Source: an uncultured Gemmatimonadaceae bacterium | GTDB lineage: Bacteria > Gemmatimonadota > Gemmatimonadetes > Gemmatimonadales > Gemmatimonadaceae | Reading direction: 5' to 3' | DNA: 64,000 nt | Assembly: GCA_963761305.1 (NCBI GenBank) | Contig: CAVXGK010000002.1 | Span: forward strand, 2,656,001-2,720,000 | In this document: in pieces, positions 1 to 8,596 of the stretch | Layout: every line of letters starts with the position of its first letter | Position numbering within the stretch: position 1 is the first letter of the stretch | Position numbers and translations under genes: made by a program | The notes under the pieces: model-generated | The model's database searches: none | Told to the model about the DNA's origin: nothing | Seen by the model: the letters and a program-made list of their open reading frames with translations, nothing else

Positions 1-1190
1 GCTCGACCGCTTCGGTCCCGACTATCGATTCAAGACGTCCGTCCTGCGCGACGCGCCGATCGAAGCTGACGGCTCGGTCGCCGGCGGCCTCTACCTGCGG
101 GGCGTCGGCGATCCGTCGCTCAGCGCGCGCTTCTGGCACGACCAGAATCCGATGGACGCGCTCGCATCCGAGATCGCATCCACCGGCATCAAGCACGTTC
201 GCGGCGACCTCGTCGGCGACGCGACCGCTTTTGACGACAAGCTCGTTCCGGAAGGCTGGAAGACGAGCTACCTCGGCGCCTCGTACGCGGCTCGCGTGTC
301 GGCGCTGTCGCTCAACGAGAACCTCGTATGGGTGTCCGTGGAGCCTGGCGGCGGCCGGGCGGTCGTGACGCTCGAGCCGGCGACGACGACGATTCCCGTC
401 GAGAACAGCGTGCGCGTGGTCAGCGGCGGCAGCGGCCGCATCAGTGCCGTCCGCCAGAACGACGGATCGATCAGCGTGCGCGGGACGATCGGATCGCGAT
501 CGGGACCGCTCAAGTATTCGCTCGTCGTCGACAACCCGCCACTATTCACCGTGGGCGCGCTACGCGCCGCGTTGCGCAAGCAGGGCATCACGGTCGACGG
601 CCAGACTCGGCTCGGCGCCACACCCGACGGCGCCACAGAGGTCGCAGCGATCGCGTCGCCAGCCGCTCGGCCAGATCATCGGCGAAATGGACCGGGAGAG
701 CATCAACGTCGTGGCCGAGCTGTTGTTCCGCGCCGCCGCCCACGCGGCGACGAGTCAGCCGGGTTCCGCCGAGACCGGACTCACCAACCTGCGCGACTTC
801 ATGACGAAGAAGGTCGGCATCGACGGTTCGGTCGTCCAAGTCTCGGACGGCAGCGGGCTTTCGCTGCTCGACCGGGTGACGCCGCGCTCCATGGTCGACC
901 TCCTGTCGTACGTGCATCGCGCGGAATGGGGTCCGGTCTTCCACGCGGCGCTCCCGGTGGAGGGCGAGTCGGGCACGCTCAAGCGTCGCGCCCGCGGCAC
1001 ACCGGCGCGTGGAAACCTGCACGCCAAGACCGGCACGACGAACACGGTCGCCGCCCTCGGCGGTTTCGTCACCGCTAAGAACGGCGAGGTGCTCGCGTTC
1101 TCGCTGCTGTACAACGGCGGCGACCGCTGGAACGCCAAGACGGCGATGGACCAGATCGGCGCCACGATGGCGGAGTTCGTCCGCCAATAG
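1..1190 (+). CDS. dacB: D-alanyl-D-alanine carboxypeptidase/endopeptidase (PBP4, peptidase S13), 5'-truncated by the window, +1 frameshift at about 661
   Basis: Frame +2 from position 2 reads LDRFGPDYRFKT...LYLRGVGDPSL...GDLVGDATAFD...AIASP. Frame +3 continues PLGQII...ESIN (SxN motif)...DGSGLS...HAKTGT (KTG motif). Deleting base 661 restores the typical SPPL junction. Confidence 0.9.
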
Positions 1191-1205
1191 CCCGGCCGCG
1201 CGGAA

Positions 1206-2345
1206 TCAGGATTCTTTGATGTCGATTCCGCGCTTCCGCAGCTCGCTGATGTAGGTGGTCGCCGGCACGCATTCGTCCGGCGTGCACACGCCGGGCGGCG
1301 CGATCTGCCCGCGCACCTGCATCAGCCCCGTGATCGAGAGCGAGTAGCCCGTCGTGCGCATCATCGCGCTCACACCGTGCTTCTCGTCGTAGCGGTCGAC
1401 GAGCTCGAACGACCTGCTCGCTTTCGTCCCGTTGTTGGAACCCGTCACGACGACGCGCAGCGCGACGAGATCGCGCCCCTTGGGCTTGGTGAGCTTGGGC
1501 TGCACGACGGCGATGAAGGCGTCGCGCGGCGCGACCTTCACGCCCTTCACGTCCACCGGGGCGGTGTCGAGCAGGCCGAGCGAGCGGATGTCCTCCATGA
1601 TCTGGGCGTGTCCGGGATAGCGAAGGGTCTTGTACTCCATCGCCGGAATCTTCCCCTCGTAGCGGAACGCCATCGTCGACAGGCCGCCGGCCGTGTGAAA
1701 CGCCTCGAGCTCGCCGAGCTGCGAGAACGTCACCGGCTCCCGCTCGGAGAGGGCCGTCACCTGCGTTCGCTTCCCGTCGCGCAGCACCCACGACAGCGTC
1801 GTGTAGTAGTCGAGCGCGCCCTCGAGCGAATAGACCAGCATGTAGTTGAGCGGCGGCTCGGGGTGCTGCGGCAAGCCGCCGACGAAGATCTTCACCGAGT
1901 CGACGCGATCGAACTGCTCGATGCCGTACTGCGCGAGGATGTTCACCATGCCCGGCGCGAGGCCGCAGTCGGGAACGACGGTGACGCGCTTTTCCTTCGC
2001 GTAGGTATCGAGCCCCTTCTGCTTGAAGACGATTTCGGTGTTGCCGCCCAGATCGCAGAAGTGCACGCCGGCTTCGACCGCCAGGCGGGCCATGTCGTAG
2101 TTGAGGTAGTATGGGATCGCGCTCATGACGGCGTCGCACTGGCGCATCGCGCCCAGGACAGCCGCGTGATCGCGCACGTCGAGGACCGTGGGGAGAAGCC
2201 GCGGCCCGGAGTAGGGAGCCAGAAACTCAGCCAGATGGCCGCCGTGGACGTCGGCGAGGCGGACTTCTTCTACGTCTTTGTCGTGAAGCAGGTCATACGC
2301 GCAGGCGGAACCCTGCAGCCCTGCGCCCAACACGAGCATTCGCAT
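1206..2345 (-). CDS. Saccharopine dehydrogenase / lysine 6-dehydrogenase family oxidoreductase
   Basis: N-terminal Rossmann motif VLGAGLQG, plus DLGG, CGLAPG, VGGLPQHP and YKTLRYPGH motifs. Confidence 0.85.
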   Translation of the reverse strand: MRMLVLGAGLQGSACAYDLLHDKDVEEVRLADVHGGHLAEFLAPYSGPRLLPTVLDVRDHAAVLGAMRQCDAVMSAIPYYLNYDMARLAVEAGVHFCDLGGNTEIVFKQKGLDTYAKEKRVTVVPDCGLAPGMVNILAQYGIEQFDRVDSVKIFVGGLPQHPEPPLNYMLVYSLEGALDYYTTLSWVLRDGKRTQVTALSEREPVTFSQLGELEAFHTAGGLSTMAFRYEGKIPAMEYKTLRYPGHAQIMEDIRSLGLLDTAPVDVKGVKVAPRDAFIAVVQPKLTKPKGRDLVALRVVVTGSNNGTKASRSFELVDRYDEKHGVSAMMRTTGYSLSITGLMQVRGQIAPPGVCTPDECVPATTYISELRKRGIDIKES

Positions 2346-2405
2346 CTTGGGGAGAAGCTCCGGTGGCTGAAATCGAGGGGTCGGGCAGAGAAACCTAACG
2401 CGACC

Positions 2406-3371
2406 CTACCGCTCGACGATCAGCGTTCCCCGGCGTGCGTCGAAGGTCCAACGCCCGCTCCGCAGCAGCGTCGCGACGTCTGCCGGCGTCGCGAGCCAGA
2501 CACCCGAGCGCAGCACCGAGATTCCGGTCGGCCGGTCGAGCGTTGGAAGCCGATCGCCGGGCACCTGCTCGTGGACGGACCCGTCGAGGTGCAGCGTCAG
2601 CGTCGCTGAGCTCGCGTCGCCACTCGGCGCGAAGCGCCCGAGGTCGGAGAGGCCGATCCGCGCCTGAGCTCCGGACGGCAGGCGTGCCGCGGTCACCGGC
2701 TGGTTCAGCATCGTCAAGCTGCCGATGCTCACGCTGTCGGCTACCGCGAGAAAGTCGCTGTCGCCTGTAGTATCCGCCCCGGCGGCGAACAAAGGAAGCG
2801 GGCGGTTCCCGAGCGCCGACCGCGAGACGGCGATGCCGCGCGCGCCCGCACTCACCGATGCGACGAGCGTCACGCCGTTGACCCGAATCGCGACGTTGCC
2901 GAGCGAGGCCGCGTCGTCGTTCGGCGCGATCGCCAGCGTGATCACCGAATCCGGCGCGACGACGCGCGGGTCGTGCGTCGTGAGCCACTTCGCGCGCTCG
3001 CGCTGAGCGGGCGACGCGGCCGGCGACGCGGCGAGCGGCGCGAAGTCGGCCATCTGGAGATACGCCCCGACCAGCTCGCGCCCGACGACGACCGGATCGC
3101 CTCCGAACTGCAGCGCTTCCTCGAGCAGCGTCGCGCCAACGCGCGTCGCTCCTCGTGCGATGAGAAATCGCCCCAGCGCCGCGCGGGCCGGCGGATCTCG
3201 CGGCCGATTGCGCGCGCCGGCATAGTACGCCGACTCGGCGCGGACTAGATCGCCGGCGGCGAGCAACGAGTCCGCCTGCGCGGATGCCTGGCCGAGCGCC
3301 GGCGTCGGCGCGACGAGCGCGACACACAGCGCCGCCGCCGTAGTGCCGATGCGCTTCACGACGGCGGTCAC
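2406..3371 (-). CDS. Secreted hypothetical protein: TPR-like helical N-terminus and degenerate retropepsin-like C-terminus
   Basis: GTG start overlaps the upstream stop (GTGA). Signal-like KRIGTTAAALCVALVAPTPALG. C-terminus has VAIRVNGVTLVASVSAGA and IGLSDLGRF. Confidence 0.6.
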   Translation of the reverse strand: MTAVVKRIGTTAAALCVALVAPTPALGQASAQADSLLAAGDLVRAESAYYAGARNRPRDPPARAALGRFLIARGATRVGATLLEEALQFGGDPVVVGRELVGAYLQMADFAPLAASPAASPAQRERAKWLTTHDPRVVAPDSVITLAIAPNDDAASLGNVAIRVNGVTLVASVSAGARGIAVSRSALGNRPLPLFAAGADTTGDSDFLAVADSVSIGSLTMLNQPVTAARLPSGAQARIGLSDLGRFAPSGDASSATLTLHLDGSVHEQVPGDRLPTLDRPTGISVLRSGVWLATPADVATLLRSGRWTFDARRGTLIVER

Positions 3372-5017
3372 TTGGCCGGCGTAAGCCGCATGGCCGCCAG
3401 CAACGTGACCTTTGGATCGAGGTCGACTTCCGATGGCGACGTCGGCGATCCGATTCGGATGGAGTGCAACTCGGTGTCGGCTGGAATCGGCAGCATCGCG
3501 CGGTGCACTCCGCCTAGCGAGTCGACGACGTCGATGAGGAGCGGGAACCGGAACGTGCCGAATCGCGACGACTGGCGGACGTCGATCACGGCCTCGTGCG
3601 TCTCGTGATCGTAGCGCCACCGCGCGTCCACTTCGGGATAGCCGGGGCGCCGCAGCCACTGGTCGAAGAACCAGTCCAGCTTTTTGTTGGCTGCGCTCTC
3701 CATCGCCGACTGGAGATCGTCGGTGACCGCGTTGCCGTCTCGATGCGCGGCATAGTACGAGCGTAGCGCGTGGAAGAAGGCCGAATCTCCGACCTCCGTG
3801 CGGAGCATCTGGAGCACGAAACCGCCCTTCTCGTAACTGTTGCGATTGAGCAGCTGGATCAGAGTGGTTTCGATCGTGTCGATGACCGGCCGCTTGGTGA
3901 CCGATACGGTGTCGCGCAGCACGGTCGTGCGGATGGCACGCATTCGCGTGCGGAAGGCCGAGTCGCCGCGCGCCTCGCGGTCCCACAGCGCCGCGAAGTA
4001 CGTGGCGAAGCCTTCGGAGAGCCAAACGTGCGGCCATGCACGCTCGGTGACGGCGTCGCCGAACCACTGATGTGCGGTCTCGTGGGCGATGAGGTCGTCG
4101 TTCATCGTGCCGCGGCGGAACGCGCCGTCGGAGTAGAAGATCTCGCTCGCGTTCTCCATCCCACCGTAGCGCGTCGACGATTGCAGATGCGCGAGCTTCT
4201 CATACGGGAACGGCGCGACGAGGCGCGAGAAGAGCGCGACGATGTCGCCGGCGCGCGCGAACGGGCCGGGCATCGTCTTCGCCTGTTCGGGCGCGGTGTA
4301 GACGAACTGCGGCACGCACCGCTGACCGTCGGCCAGGCCACATGCTGTTTCGCCCAGGTCGTACCGTACGAGCGGCGCCGCGGCGATGACCATGAGATAC
4401 GTCGGGATCGGACGGGACTCGCGCCAGACCCACTCGGTACGCGGTCCGGCCTGCCCGTCGGCGACCGGGCGGGTCGAGACCAACGCTCCATTCGCCACGA
4501 CGGTCTTGGCCGGCGACGCGCGCACGCGCCACGTGACGGTCGCCTTGTCGCTCGGATGGTCGAGACTCGGAATCCAGTGTCGCGCGCGGTCCGGCCAGTT
4601 GTCGCCGAAGTACGTCCAGCGGCCGGCACTATCGCGGCGCGCGATCAGTCCGTCGGTGACCGCGCCGCCATACTCGACTTCGACTTGCGTCCTGTCGCCG
4701 ACGCGTGCCGCGGGGAGAACGACGGAGATACCGGCGGGCGTCTGCCGAAACACGGCGGCCTTTCCGTTCACGGCCACGCGAGCGACCGTGAGGTCGAGCA
4801 GGTCGAGCATCAGCGTGTCGCGCGGAGCGGTGCGTTCCACGGTGAGCGTCGCGTCGGCATGGATCGTCGCGCCCGAGTCGGGAACGTCGATCGCGATGTC
4901 GTAGTGTCGAACGCGAAACCCCGGGCGATAGGCGGCGGTCTGCGCGCCGGATCGCGGCGCGATCGTCGTCCCGAATGTCAGAATTGCCGCGACGGCCAGC
5001 CGGGTTCGCATGGTCAT
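3368..5017 (-). CDS. M1 family zinc aminopeptidase, secreted
   Basis: GGMEN exopeptidase motif, HETAHQWFGD...WLSEGFATY (HExxH-x18-E), YEKG, N-terminal signal peptide. Confidence 0.92.
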   Translation of the reverse strand: MTMRTRLAVAAILTFGTTIAPRSGAQTAAYRPGFRVRHYDIAIDVPDSGATIHADATLTVERTAPRDTLMLDLLDLTVARVAVNGKAAVFRQTPAGISVVLPAARVGDRTQVEVEYGGAVTDGLIARRDSAGRWTYFGDNWPDRARHWIPSLDHPSDKATVTWRVRASPAKTVVANGALVSTRPVADGQAGPRTEWVWRESRPIPTYLMVIAAAPLVRYDLGETACGLADGQRCVPQFVYTAPEQAKTMPGPFARAGDIVALFSRLVAPFPYEKLAHLQSSTRYGGMENASEIFYSDGAFRRGTMNDDLIAHETAHQWFGDAVTERAWPHVWLSEGFATYFAALWDREARGDSAFRTRMRAIRTTVLRDTVSVTKRPVIDTIETTLIQLLNRNSYEKGGFVLQMLRTEVGDSAFFHALRSYYAAHRDGNAVTDDLQSAMESAANKKLDWFFDQWLRRPGYPEVDARWRYDHETHEAVIDVRQSSRFGTFRFPLLIDVVDSLGGVHRAMLPIPADTELHSIRIGSPTSPSEVDLDPKVTLLAAMRLTPAK

Positions 5018-5035
5018 GCGTCGTCCCTCACAGGG

Positions 5036-6004
5036 TTACACCGCGCTTCGTCCGTCCTGCGCGGCCGCCGCGAACGCTTTTGCGAAATCGACCGCCGTCT
5101 GATATCGGTCGTTCGGCTCGCGCCGCATGGCTTTCTCGAGAACGACGTCAACCTGGCGCGGAAACCGCAGGTCGGGACGCGCCTCGTGCAGGGTAATCGG
5201 ATCTTCTTTGAGCCGCGCGATCATGAGCGCCTGCTGCGTGCGTCCGCCGAACGGCAGCTTGCCCGTGAGCATCTCGAAGGTGACGAGTCCGAGCGCGTAC
5301 ACATCGGACCGGCGATCGAGCGATCTGCCGCGCAGTTGCTCGGGACTCATGAACTCCGGCGTACCCAGCACGATGCCGGTGGCGGTGAGCTTTTCGAGCT
5401 CTTTGCCGGCGTTGTGTGCTTTGGCCAAACCGAAATCCATCACGACCGCGTGCACGCCGCCGGCGTCCGTCCGGATGATGACGTTCTCCGGCTTGAGATC
5501 GCGATGCACGATTCCATTCTCGTGAGCGGCGTGCAAACCGGCGGCAATGTCGCTCACCAGGCGAACCACCTCGTCGAGCGGAATTTGGCCGAGGCGGTTC
5601 GTCCGCTCGACAAGTACCTCGCCTTCGACGTAGGGCATGACCATGTACGTCGCGCCGTCGGCCGTCTGCCCGAGGCGGATGATGTGGCAGATGTTCGGGT
5701 GGGCGAGCCGCATGCCGTACGCGGCCTCTCGCCGCAGACGCACCATCGCCTTGGGATCGCGGCCGAGGCCGCGAGTCAGCACTTTGATGGCGACGATCTC
5801 GTCCGTCGTCTTGTCCGACGCGAGATACACGAGGCTCATCCCGCCTTCGCCCAGCTTGCGCTGGATCTCGTAGCGATCGTCGAGCGTCTGGCCGACCAGT
5901 TCGGCCGTCGGTGGCGTCGGAACGACCAGCCGGGTTCCGTCGCGCGTGCAGAAATTGGCTTCGTCGCCGTATTCTCGGCCGCAGTTCGGACAACGTTTGT
6001 TCAC
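5036..6004 (-). CDS. Hanks-type Ser/Thr protein kinase with N-terminal zinc ribbon
   Basis: CPNC...CTRDG ribbon; LGEGGMSLVY, VAIKVL, HRDLKPEN, DFGLAK, GTPEFMSPEQ. Confidence 0.93.
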   Translation of the reverse strand: MNKRCPNCGREYGDEANFCTRDGTRLVVPTPPTAELVGQTLDDRYEIQRKLGEGGMSLVYLASDKTTDEIVAIKVLTRGLGRDPKAMVRLRREAAYGMRLAHPNICHIIRLGQTADGATYMVMPYVEGEVLVERTNRLGQIPLDEVVRLVSDIAAGLHAAHENGIVHRDLKPENVIIRTDAGGVHAVVMDFGLAKAHNAGKELEKLTATGIVLGTPEFMSPEQLRGRSLDRRSDVYALGLVTFEMLTGKLPFGGRTQQALMIARLKEDPITLHEARPDLRFPRQVDVVLEKAMRREPNDRYQTAVDFAKAFAAAAQDGRSAV

Positions 6005-7518
6005 GTTCTGACCTGGTTCCTCCCGCCTGACTTCGCGCGATACAGCGCCTCGTCGGCCCGCGCGAACAGGTCGTCGGTCGACGCCACTCCGGACGAAGGA
6101 AACGTAGCCAGGCCTATGCTGACCGTGAGTCGCACCGACCGCTGGCCGCCGATGTCGAAGACCTGCGCCGCGATCCGCTCGCGCAGACGTTCGGCGAACA
6201 CGGCGGCACCGTCCATCAGCGTTTCGGGAAGCATCGCGACGAACTCTTCGCCGCCGTAGCGCGCGAGGACGTCGACCTTTCGCATCGCGTCGGACAGGAG
6301 CGCGCCGAGCTGGCGGAGCACGCTGTCGCCCGCGAGGTGTCCGGCGGTGTCGTTGATTTCCTTGAAGTGGTCGATGTCGAACAGGAGCAGCGCGAGCGAC
6401 GAATCATATCGACGCGCGCGGTCGCACTCGGCGGTGAGACGGTCCAGCAGCGCCCGCCTGTTGAGGACGCGTGTGAGCGGGTCCGTCGTCGCGAGCGCCT
6501 CGAGGCGGCGGTTCTCGGCGCGGGTCGTCTCCAGCGCCTGCGCACGGCGAACCACGGCGACAGCGGCGCGCAACACGGCGTCGACGAACGACACGTCTTC
6601 GGCGGTGAGTGCGCGCTCTTCGCGCAGCGTACGCAGCAGCAACGCGCCGGACCGCCAGCGGTCGATCGCGAACGGAATCGCCGCCGACGACCGAATCTCG
6701 GCGCGCGTTCCTTCGCGCCCCGCTCCGGGAACGTCGGCGAGCTTCGCGTACAGCGGATGTCCTCGCGCATCCTCGATCAACAGCGATCGTCCCGACGCGA
6801 TCGCGGTCGCGACTTCGGGATAGGCCTCGAGGCGAATCTCCGGACCGTGCACCGACTCGCCCTGCGCCGCGGCGAGCATGCCCGTCGTTTCGCCCGGACG
6901 CGCCAGCAGGATCACCGATCGCGGCAGGCCGAGCGCGCGGGCGATTCGCCGCGCGAGCACGCGATAGATCTCCGACGCCGCGAGCTCCCCCGTGATCTCG
7001 TGCAGAATCTCGACGAGACGACGATTGCTGGCCGCGTCTTCGCGGACGCGCTCGAGCTCCACCGTCGTGTCGTGCAGCGCGGATCGCGCGGCGCGAAGCT
7101 GGTCGCTGGCGCGAAGCTGCGTGCGAACCCGGCCGAGCAGCTCGGCGACGCGCAGCGGCTTGCTCACCCAGTCGTCGGCACCTGTTGGGAGACCCTCGTC
7201 CGCATTGCCGGCCGGCCAGGGCGTGGTGACGACGACGCGCACGTCGTGACAGCGCTCGTCGGCACGCAGGTCCGAGAGTACGCCGAGGTCGCGCTGCGCG
7301 ACGCTGCCGTCGAGGACGATGAGATCGGGCGCGTCGCTCTCGATCAGCTTGAACAGCTCGACGCGGTCGCTCGCCGTCGAGACGGTGAAGCCGTGCTCGC
7401 GCAGCAGCCAGGAGATTGTTCCCGCGACCACCGGATCGCGTTCGGCGACTACGACACGAGTCCCCGTGGCCGGGGTGGACGTAGGCGTGGCGAGACGGAT
7501 CTCACCCGAGGAGCTCAC
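6001..7518 (-). CDS. Diguanylate cyclase (REC-GAF-GGDEF)
   Basis: Receiver domain (DLIVLD...KP), GAF-like middle, TDPLT, DIDHFKEIND, RKVD I-site and intact GGEEF. Confidence 0.9.
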   Translation of the reverse strand: MSSSGEIRLATPTSTPATGTRVVVAERDPVVAGTISWLLREHGFTVSTASDRVELFKLIESDAPDLIVLDGSVAQRDLGVLSDLRADERCHDVRVVVTTPWPAGNADEGLPTGADDWVSKPLRVAELLGRVRTQLRASDQLRAARSALHDTTVELERVREDAASNRRLVEILHEITGELAASEIYRVLARRIARALGLPRSVILLARPGETTGMLAAAQGESVHGPEIRLEAYPEVATAIASGRSLLIEDARGHPLYAKLADVPGAGREGTRAEIRSSAAIPFAIDRWRSGALLLRTLREERALTAEDVSFVDAVLRAAVAVVRRAQALETTRAENRRLEALATTDPLTRVLNRRALLDRLTAECDRARRYDSSLALLLFDIDHFKEINDTAGHLAGDSVLRQLGALLSDAMRKVDVLARYGGEEFVAMLPETLMDGAAVFAERLRERIAAQVFDIGGQRSVRLTVSIGLATFPSSGVASTDDLFARADEALYRAKSGGRNQVRT

Positions 7519-8476
7519 GCAGCCCGTCCCATTCGATGTTGCCGCCGCTCAAGACGGCGACCGTCGCGCCGTTTCCGCGCGGCCGGACTTTGCCATCGAG
7601 GAGCGCGGCGACGGTGATCGCACCGCTCGGCTCGACGACCAGCTTCATGCGGTCGAGAAGAAGACGCATCGCGCCGGGCAGCGACGAGTCGTCCACCGTG
7701 ACGACGTCGTCGAGAAAGCGCTCATGGTGCGCGAAGGTGAGCGAACCGATTTGGACGGAGAGCAAACCGTCGGCGAGGCCGCCGCTGTGCTCGATGCGCA
7801 CCGGCTTTCCCGCCTCGCGGGCGCGCGACAGCTTCGCGGCGCCAGTCGGTTCAACGCCGACGACGCGCGCATTGGGTAGCGAGAGCTTGATAGCGGCTGA
7901 AACGCCGGCGCTGAATCCGCCGCCGCCGACCGGCACGAGGACCGTGTCGACGTCCGGCATGTCGGCCGCGATTTCGAGACCGACGGTGCCCTGCCCCGCG
8001 ATGATCCACGGATGGTCGTACGGCGGCACGAGCGTGAGCCCCTCTTGGGCGACGAGCTCCTCGGCCCGCTCGAGGCGATCCTGGGTCGTGCGTCCGGCCA
8101 ATACGACCCGCGCGCCCAGCCGCTCGGCGCCGGAACGTTTGGCGGGCGTCACCGTCACCGGCATGACGACGGTCGCCGGTACGCCGTAGAGCTTCGCCGC
8201 GAGCGCGACCGCTTGCGCGTGATTTCCAGACGACGGCGCGACGACGCCGCGTTGGCGAGCCTCGGGCTCGAGGCGCGAGAGAAAGTTGTACGCGCCGCGG
8301 AACTTGAACGCGCCGCCGCGCTGGAGCGTCTCCGGTTTGATCCACACGGGGGCGCCGGCCTTCTCGGCGACGGCTTCGGCGGCGAGTACGGGCGTCCGCA
8401 CCGCCACGGGCGCGATGACCCGCGCGGCGTCGCGGATCTCTTCGAGCGTCACCAACTGCTGCGTCGTCGTGATCAC
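7502..8476 (-). CDS. PLP-dependent threonine/serine dehydratase family protein
   Basis: KPETLQRGGAFKFRGA (PLP lysine), SSGNHAQA, PVGGGG, VEPSGA, SGGN. Confidence 0.9.
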   Translation of the reverse strand: MITTTQQLVTLEEIRDAARVIAPVAVRTPVLAAEAVAEKAGAPVWIKPETLQRGGAFKFRGAYNFLSRLEPEARQRGVVAPSSGNHAQAVALAAKLYGVPATVVMPVTVTPAKRSGAERLGARVVLAGRTTQDRLERAEELVAQEGLTLVPPYDHPWIIAGQGTVGLEIAADMPDVDTVLVPVGGGGFSAGVSAAIKLSLPNARVVGVEPTGAAKLSRAREAGKPVRIEHSGGLADGLLSVQIGSLTFAHHERFLDDVVTVDDSSLPGAMRLLLDRMKLVVEPSGAITVAALLDGKVRPRGNGATVAVLSGGNIEWDGLRELLG

Positions 8477-8524
8477 GTTTTGAAGAATGGGGTCGTGTAA
8501 GCTATGGATGGAGTTGTACCCCGG

Positions 8525-8563
8525 AAAGCACGAAGGCGTGGAACATGTCGTTCCACGCCTTCG
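8525..8563 (-). terminator. Intrinsic terminator downstream of gyrA
   Basis: Perfect 14-bp stem CGAAGGCGTGGAAC / GTTCCACGCCTTCG with 5-nt loop, followed on the minus strand by TGCTTT. Confidence 0.65.
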
Positions 8564-8596
8564 CGAGTCTTGGAGACGCGTACCACCGGGCGGCGT

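Noticed and set aside
3770..6259. Very long alternative ORFs (e.g. 3770-6259 +, 40509-43115 +, 48550-51297 +, 51338-53464 -)
   Set aside because: They are antisense or off-frame shadows of well-supported genes, expected at high GC, and carry no recognisable motifs.
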